In this document: positions 26,632 to 40,394 of the stretch, piece after piece
How positions within the stretch are numbered: the stretch's first letter is position 1
How the letters are laid out: the number at the start of each line of letters is the position of its first letter
Source of the DNA: Lingula anatina
Lineage: Eukaryota; Animalia; Brachiopoda
DNA: 64,000 nt
NCBI GenBank assembly: GCA_051362555.1
Contig: CM120643.1
Span: 20,898,848-20,962,847 of the forward strand
Reading direction: 5' to 3'
Notes under the pieces: model-generated
Told to the model about the DNA's origin: nothing
What the model saw: the letters and a program-made list of their open reading frames with translations, nothing else
The model's database searches: none
Program-made: the position numbers and the translations under genes

Positions 26632-28057
26632 TCCTACTTCTGCCAAAAATTTTAATAATGTTAATGTTTTTCAAAGAATAATGATAATGACAATATGAAT
26701 TTTTTAAAAAATGCATTTCACGTGTCTCGTGCATAAACAAAGGTCAGTGAGTAGTTCCTTTGTTTCTAGTAATATTTTTCTGTTCATACTTATTTAGGTC
26801 GTATATGTGTGTGTGTGCGTGTGTGTGTGTGTGTGTGTGTAAATAACATTGTATCTGAGAATGATGTAACAGGGCTGATCAAATCCTCTCCTGGACTACA
26901 GTGTTAATCTCCAGCCTTAATTCAGCAGGAATTCATTTCCTTACCAGATTACAACCAGCAAAAACTGAGTAAGAGAAAAGGTGATTTAAAAGATCTGTAC
27001 ACCATATATACATGTACACATGCATCAAGTGAAACTGTGTTTGAGCAGTGTTTTAAACAAATTAAAGTTTAGGCAGCCACAGAATGATGGCATTTTTGTG
27101 TTTTCTCGAAAATGTCTCAATAAAAAGTCTCGAGAACAAAGTTGTGGGAACATTTTTATCTGATTGCTATTTATGCTGTGTTATTGAAAAGCATTGAAAT
27201 GTCATGAAAAGGAAATGGTGGTTTCTACACTGATTGGAATGTATTAAAGTCAATTCATCAATTCTAATAAAATGGCCTTCATAAACTTGTTTTTCAGTCA
27301 GATGTCACCTTGTAATTTTTATCTTTGTGTATGTCACTGTCTCTGATTTGTAAAGAATGGTATAAACCTTTTATTATCATATTTTACTGATAAAGTTGAG
27401 CAAAGAAAAATTAATTGATCAAATATATTTGATCAGTTAAAGAATTGTTGTATGATAATTTCAACATGATTTAAAAAAAAAAAAATACATGATAGGGTGG
27501 GATTGTGTCAGCATAAGTTTTTGTGTAATCCAAGACTTTTTCACCAAACCTTTGATGAATTGGATTTTATGATCTCCAAAAGTGAATTAAAACTTTTTTT
27601 TTTTTTTGATTTTATGACAATATCATACATTTTGGATAAGGTTACTTCTGTTGTTATTTTTAGACCTTTAACTGTAAACCTCAGATATAGTTTTTGTCTA
27701 CTGCAAAAGAATAAGATCCATCCCTAGTGTACTAGTATGTATATCTTCCATTAACATGATATTGCACACATATCCTTATAGGGGAGGAATCTGTATAGTC
27801 GAGTTAGGCAGATACCAGTATTTATGGTAAAGTTCAACATAAATGAGGCCTTGCCAACAAAAATAAATGGCACTAACTTCTTAAATTTTCAAAAATTGTT
27901 CTCGGCATGCAATTTTAATGCCTTTCAATTTAACATGAATTCAGAAGTAAAGTTTGGAAAATTTCTTCTCTTATACAAATATGTTGGTATCTTTTAAGGC
28001 ATCTTTGAGTAGTTTTTTTCCACAGAATGAGTTTTTTTGGTCACCAGTTATGTAAGC

Positions 28058-28111
<54 letters not shown>

Positions 28112-28169
28112 TAGAATTAAATTATGCAAAATAATTCTCTTTTTTTAATATTTCTACTGTTCTTTGTAG

Positions 28170-28680
28170 CCTTTAGCAGGTAGAAAAATGGCAGGTGAAG
28201 TGGAGCAATTCATCTCCATCTAATCTTGTGCACTGATCAGTGCTGATGAGAGCAAATTTATGCATAATTACTTCGCTCGACCCCCTTATCTCGCGCGAGA
28301 ATGAAAGGTGGCCTTTATATCGGTCATGTTGTGGCAGCCATTTAGACGTTTTTGTTTTTTGCTGAAGGTTGCTAATCATGCACAGGGATAATTAAGCAAT
28401 TTGACCAGAATAATAAACAGGAGACTAAAGCATTTTCATGCCCTAGTCAACTTTCAGTCACAGCTATTAGTTTGGATTAAAATCTCATCACAGGGCGAAA
28501 TTAGAAAAAAATGGTCGTGCGTGGCAGTGGTGCCCTGGTACAGTTATGGCATTTTGCCTGACAGTGATGACTATAATGGCGAAGTGGTTGTTAGTGTTGC
28601 TGTCTCGACCCCGTACAATAACTTGTAATGATGCAATAGAAAAGATTGTAATTTTGCATGATTAATGAAATGGATGAGGA
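28170..28680. promoter_or_regulatory. Intronic enhancer-like block (representative of many)
   Basis: Local CpG retention in a depleted intron, palindrome TCTCGCGCGAGA (~28289-28300), and dense TAAT/ATTA homeodomain cores with E-box caggtg. Confidence 0.4.
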
Positions 28681-31600
28681 AAAGGTAGAAATGATTGAGG
28701 AAAGGTGGATTGGGTAAAATTGACAAAGAAAGATGGTTTTAGTTTGAATGTGCTCTTTTAATCCATACAAGTGTATGATGGCTTTGTGGTATGAATGAGT
28801 GGAAACCCGAGTGAAGTTAGTATAAATGCAGATAAAAATACAAAAAAGTAGGCAATTCTCTTTACATTTGTAACAAGGAAGGGAATGAAGAATCCTTCCA
28901 TCTAAAAGTTATGTCATGTTTATTTTGAGTTTACGTTAATCTGTGTGTAATTTCCAAAATATATATTTTGACAGTTTTATTTAAATAAAACAATAACACT
29001 ACCTGCATTTTCCTGTAATTCATGAAATATATTTCATACCTTTTAATTAGTTTAATTAAGGGTATAGAAGAAGAAAAAATCAGTTCAAGTTCTTTTAGAA
29101 CTTTATGTACTCTGTATGTGATGGAAATCAAAATTTTTATTGTAGTAGTTTTTGCACAGAATTTAAAAAGATTAAGCCACCATTTGACAGGCAATTGAGG
29201 TAAGACTTATTTCACAAGTAATATTTTGGTTGTAGATTATGACTTGATGAACATATGCCCCTGAACTGCTCATTGGTTTTAAAAGCCACACAATGCAGAA
29301 AATTGAGAAATAAATTTAGAAAAAATAAAATTTGAAAAAAAAATTAACAATAAAATTTTCATTGGTAAAAAAAGAATTTCACTCATCATGTGACAATGAA
29401 TACAATGTATAGGGTTTTCATTGTAATAAAAATTAGTACTTTTTCCCAGAAACCAGCTTGTGAAAAACCGAACATGTACTTTGGCACTGTGTTAGAATGG
29501 GGTCTTCATCAGTACCAAAAAAAAAAATCCTTTCAATTTTTTTAAAGAAGAGGACTAAGGATAGCACAATGTGCTCATAATACTTGTTATTTTTGCCTTT
29601 AGTATTTTTTTACATTTTCTTAAAAAATTGCAAAAACCAAAGGACTGTGGTGACTGTGTGTAGAATTGCATTCAAAGTAATTCATTGACTTTTTCTGTGA
29701 AATTTTTTTGTCTGTTATCTGTATTGGGCTCAGGGAGTGAGGGCAGTGCAGAAAGTCTTTTCTGAAGCATGAGATGAAAATGAAATGGATAGAAGAAGAA
29801 AGGAGAAATGCAGTCAGCATTGTAACTACAATGTCCTCCATATTCTTCTGTGGAACCTTTTTTTTTTTATTGCAATGCAATTTCTCTACTGAATCAATAC
29901 TCTTTTTTTCTATACATGTAACCTGTTGTAAACAGCTCAAAGACAACGGCAGCACCCAGCGTTGTACATTTTTCTACATGGCCAATTCGGGATGTTTGAT
30001 TTGAGGTTACCGAGGTGCTGCCATTTCCTCTCTCCCCGTGCTCATTCGAGTCACCTTGGCAACAGTCTTTAGAAGGAGAAAAGTAATAACTTTGACGAGG
30101 GGAAATTTGCAATTAGCAGCAAAGGCAGTAATTAACAGAGGTAGACTAGGGTATTGATTCTGAAGGCACTTCTGTGCAGATTGCGAGGATGGTAATGGTC
30201 TAATTTCTCATCTCTCTGTTCAATATGACAAACAGCCGTCAAGCCAGAACTGCATGGTTATTACATGCAAAGGCCAGGCTAATTATGGGGCAATTAAGGT
30301 GAGCATAACTACTGCGTTGCACCCCCCCCTTTTTTTTCCCTCTCCCAGCCACACATCCCCAGAAAATCGATAAATCTTCAACCCTAAGACGTGTGTCTTG
30401 TCAAGAATCCCACTGGTCGACATATTCTTTTTTTGCACTCGTGTGGAAAGTACTTTTCTCTTCTTCATATCCTCTAATTTGTCGTTGGCCTGAGGTCTTG
30501 CTCTGTAATTAGATCCTTGCTAACATAGCTGCTTCAGCTTTTTTTTTTCTTAATGAAAATTATTACATATTTTGTAGAATTCTACAGTGCCCTTCAAAAA
30601 AATCTGTAGATTCTTTTTCATCACTGGTTCAGAATTGGATACTTAAAATACAAATTTGGGAGAGGGGGGGTTGTTGGGGGGGGGCAGTGAGGCTCGGTGC
30701 AGGAAAGAGGAGAGATTGTGATGTGCTTGAGTAAAAGATTTTCTCTATCAACATATTTTGACAAAGAAAAATTTTTTTTTTTTCAGTTTTCAAAAAATTT
30801 ATCTTTAATTTAATTTCACAAGTATTTTTAATATCTTTAATATATTGTTTTTTGTCTGAGTTTTACTATCACTTACATTTATAAAGTAATTAACTTGGGG
30901 GAGGAGGGATTGCAATTCAATTCCAGTCATCTTTTTTGGTTTTATAAAAAATAAATTGCTGAACATGTCAATAGGTATTTGGCTACAGCTTACAAATGGA
31001 AATTTACATAGATATCTAAGACAATTATGCAAAAAGCTACATGTAACAAGGACTTCGAAGTAAAAAAGGTAGCTAGAGTTAGCCATAAAATGGCCATTGT
31101 GTATGTATCCACTCTCTCGTCTTTCTATAGCTGGCACTGTATTTTTATGAACTAATGTTGGTGCTGCAACTTGAAGGTTATCTTTCATTTAAATGTGATT
31201 GATAAAAGCTCATTTGCCAAATGACAGAAGCCAGATATAAGTATGAATTTGTTTAAGGTTTGGTGCAACTAATCAATGGAATGGTATGGTATGGTATGGT
31301 ATTAGTGGATGGCAAGTAGAGTCCAACCATTGCATTTAGACAGGTCATTATTAATAACTTTAATATTTTTAGATAAACCTCCAATTTTCAATTTGAAACC
31401 AGCTATATTTTTTTGTTCAAAGGTTATACCTACAGTAAGGTTGCAGGTATATTTCAAGTTTTTTTTCTCTCTTTGTTAATGGCTGAAAATTATTGTGAAG
31501 TTGGGAATTGGTGAAATATGTTGTTAAAAAACCTTACCTTATTAAAAGGGTTTATCCCACTAATTTTAAGATTGTCTTTAGCAGAAACATTCTGTTTAAA

Positions 31601-33627
31601 TAGATTTGGGTCATATTCATCGAGGTCAGCAAAACTTTGCTCAATTATTAACTTCCTTTAAAAATATTTCACTATCATTTGAAAAGTTTGTATGATGCAA
31701 ATAACAATTGTTACATTCTCTTACCCTTATGTTTCCATGTATGATTCAGCATTACAATGTTTTCTAATTAATATTGTAAAATATTCTTAGTATTTCATAT
31801 TCAAATCATACAATGTTCATCAATTACAAAATTGCTTTACATGAGTAACCTTCATTTTTAAGAACACATTTTCATACTATAAGTCCAAACAGGGATGGGG
31901 AAGGGGGGGGGGGGGGATAAGGGACAAAGTAATTTTTTCTTCACCCACCTCATAAGATCTCTCCAAAATATGATATTTTCAATGTTATTATGTATTTGTG
32001 ATTTTGATACTTGCGTTAAATTTTGTCAGTATCAATAAAATAAAGATCCTGCTTAGTAAGGCTTGCAGGAATCATTTATAGGACTAGAGTACCAGTCAAA
32101 CTCAGAACTTCAACTCCCTTTGAATATTCTCTAATGCTTCAAACTTATTGGAACCATATGAAATATACATGTAGGTCAGGTCAGGTCAGGTCAGAGGTCA
32201 GGTCAGGTCAGGTCATTTTATTGTGACATGTCTACATAATAATTAGCTATCTAACCTTTACTTCGTGTAATCAGTTTCTTAATTCATCTTATCAACCTGT
32301 AACCTAATTTTTGAGATCAGAAGTAGCATTGTGTCTACTTAACACGTTTGGCCTCATATCTGCCTTGAATTTTAGTATTTTTCTTCTCTGTGATTTGTTT
32401 GGGTGGATTGGTTACGTCACTAGCATACTGTATTTATATGTACACATTGTGATAAGATTTGGCATAGCACTACTGGTATTTGTCTAGACCTCTGTCTGAA
32501 TTCTTACCTCTGTCTGGTCTCCTAAGGCCAATGTGACCATCCTGGGCATACGAATGCCCACTTGTATACCAGTAACTGAAGGTGAACACGTCAACAAGTG
32601 ACCGCTGAGTGTACGGCCATTTCTCGCCCAGACTTAAAAACTCCAGGAAAACTCTCTGCAATTAACAGCTCTAGAAATGACACAGAGTATTGATTCTCCA
32701 CGACTTTCTAAAAGATACTAATTCGATTAATCACCTTGATTCATTTAATTGACAAAGACAGGCCCTGAGAATTTATCAAGTTAGAACCATCTTCAGTTTT
32801 GTAAAAAAAAAAAAAAGTATGTGTTAAAATGTATAATACTTGGAGCTGTTTACAAAGCAGTAAGTATGCAGGCAAAAATCATGAGTTATTTGTTTTATCA
32901 TGCATGTTTTATGCACATTTAATAGCAATGTATAACAACTGCAGTTTTTCACCACATGGACATTATAATTAGTTCCCCCAATATTATCATATTAACCACA
33001 GTGCATAGCATTCTTCTATCATTATCTTCAGTTACCAAATATTTTCAGTTTTCAAGTTACATAACACCAATCATATACAATTGAGAATTATGTAACAGTG
33101 ATTTTTGGTGAAGTTCACTGGGTCCTTAATTATATTGACTCCAGATTCCAAACATGCATGATTATTTTGTAGTAAAAGGCCAAAAGTAGTAGTTACAAGA
33201 TCTTTTCTGTAAGTATCTAAATTATTGCTGTTGGAACATATGTAGGCATAATAATAATAATAATACAGTTACACAAGTTTGTGGCAAAAAGGCTGGTTTG
33301 CAAACAATGTATCCATTTAAATATTTTAATGAAGCATGTTACAATAAATGCAAAGTTGGTTTTGTTAAGGAAATAACTGAATAATGCTGTCAACAAAATG
33401 CTTTTGAAAAATTTGTCTGTAGTTTATATTGAAGGTATTTCTCATTGACGACCCTATTTAATTAAAATATGTTTATACCAGTTTTTGAGCAAAAGAAAAG
33501 TTGATAAACTTTTCTCATTTATACTTTATTGAGTACTAAAATATTTTACAGATACATTTTATAGGCTCTCTACACAACCAATCTCATAATATGTGTGCGT
33601 TACATACATATATGTTATTTCAGTATA

Positions 33628-33629
<2 letters not shown>

Positions 33630-33701
<72 letters not shown>
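33630..33701. repeat. (TA)n microsatellite
   Basis: Perfect TA run left of the Penelope-like remnant. Confidence 0.97.
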
Positions 33702-33703
<2 letters not shown>

Positions 33704-33908
33704 CAAGCGTACGTGTGGTATAGAGTCCTCAACTGTCCAGAGCATGTATGCACAATTAAAATAAAAAAATAAATAAATAAAACACTAGACATGTATCAAC
33801 CCCAACTCTGAGTTTCGTGAGCATACCCAGAAGGTATGCCCAATCGTCAGGAGGTTGAAACCCCCTGAAGATGCAATGAAAAAAACTGCTGTTCTTTATT
33901 TCTTTTTT

Positions 33909-33911
<3 letters not shown>
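33702..33911 (-). mobile_element. Penelope-like retroelement terminal (pseudo-LTR) remnant
   Basis: Contains a minimal type I hammerhead and an inverted partial copy of its core (atcgtcaggaggtt / aaccccctgaagat). Embedded between two (TA)n arrays. Confidence 0.6.
33793..33861 (-). ncRNA. Type I hammerhead ribozyme (minimal, PLE-type, slightly degenerate)
   Basis: - strand reads GTT TCAACCTC CTGACGA T TGGGCATACC TTCTG GGTATGCTCA C GAAA CTCAGAG TT GGGGTTGA TAC: stem I, CUGANGA, 10-bp stem II, GAAA, near-palindromic stem III, UH, stem I. Confidence 0.8.

Positions 33912-33978
<67 letters not shown>
33912..33978. repeat. (TA)n microsatellite
   Basis: Perfect TA run right of the Penelope-like remnant; a further short run at ~33996-34020. 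Confidence 0.97.
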
Positions 33979-33979
<1 letters not shown>

Positions 33980-34923
33980 TCGTACAGGAAAAACATATAT
34001 ATATATATATATATATATATCATTAAAAAAACAAACACTTGCACAGTAACTTTTTAAAACTATAATTATCTGATTGTGGAGATAGCTTAAAGTCTATATG
34101 TGGTCTGATGCACAGGTATGTTCATTATAGAAATAATAAAAAAGATATACATCACTACCATAATGATTTTGATTCTGGCTCAAAAATGCTTTTTATTAAC
34201 ATGCTGAATATTTTTTCACAATTTAAAGGTGCACAGCGTAAGATTTTCTAGTGAAATACTCATACTTAGCAAATTTTCCTTTCAAAATTCACATGCCATG
34301 TCATTACTTGTAATTTTCCTGAAGAATTTTCAGATTAAGGCAAATGCCATTGTAAGTATTTTTTTTCTGCATGTGCTTTAGAGGACCATCTTTTTTTTAG
34401 GATTTAACAATTAAGAAACAGTTGCCCAGGCTTATTCTGTAAACAATGCCATTAATTTACCACAGAATTTCACAGCAATTCAGGGAAATGACAGTAGACC
34501 AACTTGAGTATGACCTTGTCAAAATTGCCCCCTTCACCCTTAAAAAATACATAACATTTGTACCTGATCCTAATAGAAACATTTGGTGATGACTCTAGTA
34601 AATTTGGAATGAGCTTGTTGCATACCAACTAGGTTAAGGAAAGGGGGGGAGGGGGGGGGGCAGGGTGCTGATGTGGTTTACATCAGGTAGCAAGTTCTGT
34701 GCAACTGTCATATAATCCAAGATATTGTCTTTCTGTTTATCTTCACCTTGGCAATAAACATATGAACTTGTACAAGTGGGTGTATACTCAGTTCAGGAAA
34801 TTGTTCCAAGTAGATGGTATTTAAAGTCTCTTTACTCATATTGACTTGTTGTTTGTAATACACCTATAAGTAGCAGACACCCTTTTATAGTGACACCAGG
34901 CCTGGATAGCCTCACACACACAA

Positions 34924-34973
<50 letters not shown>

Positions 34974-35226
34974 AGGGAAAGGGAGTAAGTCACACGTTAG
35001 TGAATGAGTGAGTGAGTGAGAGAGAGCACATTTGCACAATCATAATGCTCAGAAATAATATTGCAGTAGTTGCCCACCTGTGACTCACCTGTGTTAGAAG
35101 TTGTGTATGCACATCTGCTATACCACAATATCCCGTTTGCTGTCATAAGCAAGACCCATTTGGTTGTGTGAGTGTGGTGGTGGTGTTGTGTTTATGTGTG
35201 TGTGTGGGGGGGGGGAGAGAGAGAGT

Positions 35227-35257
<31 letters not shown>

Positions 35258-35499
35258 GAGAGAGAGAGAGTTGAAAGATAAGAAACTCCCTCTTGGCCAG
35301 AAAAAATTCACTCTGCACCAAAATTTGATGTATGTGTAGGTTTTATGCCATTTCCCAAATTGATTCAAGTACTAGTAAGGTAGTTAAAGGGTTCCCTTTT
35401 AAGAAAAAGAACCCCCTTTGGAATTGTTTTGCTGTTACTGAAGGCATCTACTTTTCCACCATCTTCAATTGACTGAATGAGGGTACAAAATTCTGTACC

Positions 35500-36120
35500 C
35501 CTATACCAAGGGTATAACCTACTGTACCCCCATGTTAATCTGGCTCAACTAGGTTATGACATGCTGCACCCCTATGTCAAGTTGGCTGGCCAATGCTACA
35601 ACCTACTGTACCACTATGTCAAACTGATTGATCAAGGCTACAACTTACTATACCACTTTGTCAAGCTGAGTGACAAATGTTACAATGTACTGTACCCCTA
35701 TGTCAAGCTGGTTCCCAAAGGCAACTACCTACTGTGCCACTATGCCAAGCTGGTTGACCACAGTTACAACCTTGTGTACCAGCATGTCAAGCTGGTTGAC
35801 CACAGTTACAACCTTGTGTACCAGCATGTCAAGCTGGTTGACCACAGTTACAACCTTGTGTACCAGCATGTCAAGCTGGTTGACCACAATTACAACCTTG
35901 TGTACCAGCATGTCAAGCTGGTTGACCACAGTTACAACCTTGTGTACCAGCATGTCAAGCTGGTTGACCACAGTTACAACCTTGTGTACCAGCATGTCAA
36001 GCTGGTTGACCACAGTTACAACCTTGTGTACCAGCATATCAAGCTGGTTGACCACAGTTATAACCTTGTGTACCAGCACGTCAAGCTGAGTGACCAAGAT
36101 TAAAACCTCTGTACTGTACC
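35500..36120. repeat. 42-bp minisatellite (diverged at left, homogeneous from ~35746)
   Basis: Unit caagctggttgaccacagttacaaccttgtgtaccagcatgt; 14-aa periodicity in the ORF track. Confidence 0.95.
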
Positions 36121-36255
36121 CTGTATCAGTCTGGGCCCCGTATCTCGAAAGCATCTGTGCGCAAGCGTCTCGATTGCATAACTGGCCCATACTTGCCCCA
36201 TATAATACATTGTAGCCTCTATGTGATATTGCTATTCGCAAAATGCGATGCTTTT

Positions 36256-37880
36256 CCCAAAGGCTACAGCCCACTATATCACAACTTTTACCTCTCTGCC
36301 CAAAGGCTACAGCCCACTATACCACAACTTTTACCTCTCTGCCCAAAGGCTACAGCCCACTATATCACAATTTTTACCTCTCTGCCCAAAGGCTACAGCC
36401 CACTATACCATAACTTTTACCTCTCTGCCCAAAGGCTACAGCCCACTATATCACAACTTTTACCTGTCTGCCCAAAGGCTACAGTCCACTATATCACAAC
36501 TTTTACATGTCTGCCCAAAGGCTACAGTCCACTTTATCACAACTTTTACATGTCTGTCCAAAGGCTACAGCCCACAATGCCATAACTTTTACCTGTCAGC
36601 CCAATGGCTACATCCCACTATACCACAACTTTTACCTGTCAGCCCAATGGCTACAGTCCACTATACCACAACTTTAACCTGTCTGTCCAAAGGCTACAGC
36701 CCACTATACCACACCTTTTACCAGTCTGCCTAAAGGCTACAGTCCACTATACCACAACTTTTAACTGTCTGCCCAAAGGCTACAGCCCACTATACCACAA
36801 CTTTTAACTGTCTGCCAAAAGGCTACAGCACACTATACCACAACTTTTAGCTGTCTGCCCAAAGGCTACAGCCCACTATATCACAACTTTTACCTGTCTG
36901 CCCAAAGGCTACAGCACACTATACCACAGCTTTTACCTGTCTACCCAAAGGCTACAGCCCACTATATCACAACTTTTACCTCTCTGCCCAAAGGCTACAG
37001 CCCACTATACCACAACTTTTACCTGTGTGCCCAAAGGCTACAGCCCACAATACCACAACTTTTACCTGTCTGCCCAAAGGTTACAGTCCACTATATCACA
37101 ACTTTTACCTGTCTGTCCAAAGGCTACAGCCCACAATGCCATAACTTTTACCTGTCAGCCCAATGGCTACATCCCACTATACCACAACTTTTACCTGTCA
37201 GCCCAATGGCTACAGTCCACTATACCACAACTTTAACCTGTCTGTCCAAAGGCTACAGCCCACTATACCACACCTTTTACCAGTCTGCCTAAAGGCTACA
37301 GTCCACTATACCACAACTTTTAACTGTCTGCCCAAAGGCTACAGCCCACTATACCACAACTTTTAACTGTCTGCCAAAAGGCTACAGCACACTATACCAC
37401 AACTTTTAGCTGTCTGCCCAAAGGCTACAGCCCACTATATCACAACTTTTACCTGTCTGCCCAAAGGCTACAGCACACTATACCACAGCTTTTACCTGTC
37501 TACCCAAAGGCTACAGCCCACTATATCACAACTTTTACCTCTCTGCCCAAAGGCTACAGCCCACTATACCACAACTTTTACCTGTGTGCCCAAAGGCTAC
37601 AGCCCACAATACCACAACTTTTACCTGTCTGCCCAAAGGTTACAGTCCACTATATCACAACTTTTACCTGTCTGCCCAAAGGCTACAGCCCACTATACCA
37701 GAGCTTTTAACTGTCTGCCCAAAGGCTACAGCCCACTATACCACAACTTTTAACTGTCTGCCCAAAGGCTACAGTCCACTATATCACAACTTTTAGCTGT
37801 CTACCCAAAGGCTACAGCCCACTGAACCACAACTTTTAACTGTCTGCCCAAAGGCTAGAGTCTACTATACCACTCCTTTT
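36256..37880. repeat. 43-bp minisatellite, ~38 copies, with a 559-bp (13-mer) higher-order duplication
   Basis: Unit cccaaaggctacagcccactataccacaacttttacctgtctg. Identical variant blocks at 36604-36807 and 37163-37366 (offset 559 = 13 x 43). Confidence 0.95.
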
Positions 37881-38407
37881 ATCCAGCTAAGGTTACAGTC
37901 TATATACCATAACCTTTGGCTGTCCCCATGGCTTCGCTCTTTACCATGACCTCTGTTGACCTTTGTTTGACCTTGTTTGACCCAAGATGGTCTTAGTATT
38001 AAATCTTGGTAACGTCCAGTCTGGCTGCGTTAGTTGCATAGTAGTGTGTGTAGTAGGAGCTGGCAGTGCAGTCGTAGTAATAGTAGTCTATTGATTTTGT
38101 TCTTTTGCTTGGCAGGTTATGCACTTTGTAATGGCTACTCTTGGGACTTTGATCATTGTATTGCTGCCAACTTGCATAGAGTATGGCTGTATTCTTTCGT
38201 CTGTGTATGTGTGTATTGATTACAAAAAAAAAAAAACAAAGAATGAAAAATAAGTATGGGGGTCATATTCATAATTGTTATTCTTTGTGAAAATGCCATC
38301 AATATTGTGTTTTTTCCCCAAATTCTGTACATTGTATGTGGTGGCTGAATGTCGTTAGGGAAATTTTTAAATCAAATTCTTTGGTAAAAGGTCTAGTATC
38401 AAACAAC

Positions 38408-38450
<43 letters not shown>

Positions 38451-38835
38451 GTCCATAACCTAAATTTGGGTAACATCCCAATAATACAATGTGGTGAAAA
38501 GGCCTATGTGGGATATCATATTTAACCCTCACAATTCATGTCAGTTTTAATTTTAAGTGCTTTCATTGTATAAATTAAAGGATACTGAAAATATACAGTG
38601 ATGTTGAAATTAAAACATAAAAAATCCCCATCTAGTTTAGGATTTAAATTCTGTATATTGTATGAGTCAAAAAGATGTATAGCCATTAGTTTGCCTGTTG
38701 GAGTACCTTGCGACCCTTAACTTTCATTTATTTATTCATTCATTTTTCCAGGCTCACCAAACTTAGTTCTCATACATGTATACAAGCTTGGTACTCACAG
38801 TCATTAACCAGACCAACCACTAATTCTGTGTTGCC

Positions 38836-39403
38836 ATGGCAAATCAAGGTGATGTTAAAACAGAACCCCTCCCAAATACACCACCTACTATTGAAGTTGA
38901 GAGAAAGTTCACCTTCACTGACTCTACAGAAGATAAATTACAAGAACAGGGTGCCTCTCTCATCCAGCAGAAGACATTCACTGACATATATTACGATGTT
39001 CCACAGTACTCCTTGACTCTGAGTGACCATTGGCTACGCCAGCGTGATGGGGTGTGGGAGTTGAAGTGCCCCCCAGAAAATCCCACAACTAATGACCTTA
39101 GTCAAGTGACTTGCCAGTATGCAGAACATGTGACAATTCCAGAGATCATAGCCAAGTGCTCTGCTGTCTTAGGGTTAGCCATACCCACAGACAGCTCCAT
39201 GCAGGAGTTTTTGACCAGTGCCCAGTGTGGTCAGTTTGCCACCATTAAGACTGAGAGGAAGTCGTACTCGTTGAATGAATTCAGTGTAGATTTAGACACG
39301 GCAGACTTTGGTTTCCGAGTGGGAGAAATTGAAGTGTTGGTTTTGGAGGAGAATAAAATTGCAGATGCTTTGTCGCGGATTGATATGTTGGCTAAAACAC
39401 TAG
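38836..39403 (+). CDS. THTPA: Thiamine triphosphatase (CYTH superfamily), coding exon 1
   Basis: IEVERKF (ExExK CYTH motif), TFTDIYYD, DHWLRQR, WELKCP and VDLDTADFGFRVGEIEVLV match vertebrate THTPA motifs. Acceptor at 38751, good Kozak gccATGg, phase-1 donor G|GTGAGT at 39404. Confidence 0.95.
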
Positions 39404-40349
39404 GTGAGTTGTCAACAGTTTCATTCTCTTCATTTTTTTATGGTGTGATTCTTCAGATATACATGTACCATCTCAGTTTGAAAATGCCCTAAAGCCATAT
39501 TTTATGGTCTACATATTCCTGCAAATTTGTGAATCTCTCTCAATGCAGACCTTTAGATAAATGATAAAACTTCTCAAATAAAAGGACCGGATGTCTATAC
39601 TTCCTTCTAAAATGTTCATGATAACATAGCACTGTAAACATTATAGGAACTAAAGAACATTATAAGAACTAAATTTTTTAATAGAAAATGGTTCAAAACA
39701 TCAAATCTATGTGCAGTGATGAGTGCAGCAATGATTCTTGATTTGGAAAAATTCGCTTTTCTCAACAAAAATTCTATTTTGTTGGAAAATCCCATTTTGG
39801 ATACCTTTAATCCATATATACAGTAATAAGGCCATCTATAAACTTGCAATCAAAGGTTGGTACTAGAAGTGATTCATATGGAGAGAGAGAAAGCAAGAAA
39901 AAAAAGATTATTAGCATCTTAGTACCTGTAAAACCAAACAGATAAATTAAAATATAAACACTGATTGAATATTGCCAAGGTATAATGAGCAGGAATGTTT
40001 TTTGGCTAAGAAAATGAAAGCCGTCGATATCTTAGAAGCAAATACACAATTTGCAATGACTTAGCAGGAGCAACCAACGACACAAAATATAAGAATGAAA
40101 TCAATTATAATTATTATTAATATTATTATTATTATTATTGTAAAGTTGGGAAGCTCCAAGGGAAGAGTCTATTGTTTTAGTATATTCAATTAAATTTAGC
40201 TCAAAATCAGACCTGTGTCTGTGAAGTTGTTCATGAAATTTTACAACAACAGGTGTTTATTTATTTGTCCTCTTCCCCCAAGATAGTCTGAAGAAGGTAA
40301 CTTGGATTTCCAAAATTGAATCCAACAGTTGATTGAAGAAATTCTCATT

Positions 40350-40394
<45 letters not shown>

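Noticed and set aside
35477-36103. 208-aa repetitive ORF (VKLVDHSYNLVYQH)n
   Set aside because: Several frames on both strands are open because the 42-bp unit lacks stops. It lies in an inferred intron and is related to the non-triplet 43-bp array. Coding cannot be fully excluded without RNA data.
36256-37880. Regular 43-bp repeats as a CRISPR array
   Set aside because: Head-to-tail repeats with no unique spacers, in a eukaryotic context with no cas genes.
39404-39492. C-terminal 29 aa of the 218-aa ORF
   Set aside because: Intron read-through. The true C-terminus is in exon 44396-44529, which carries the conserved motif.
40288-40320. CTGAAGA-agg...tcc-AAAA, a possible second hammerhead
   Set aside because: GAAA core is mutated, and stems I and III cannot be formed.
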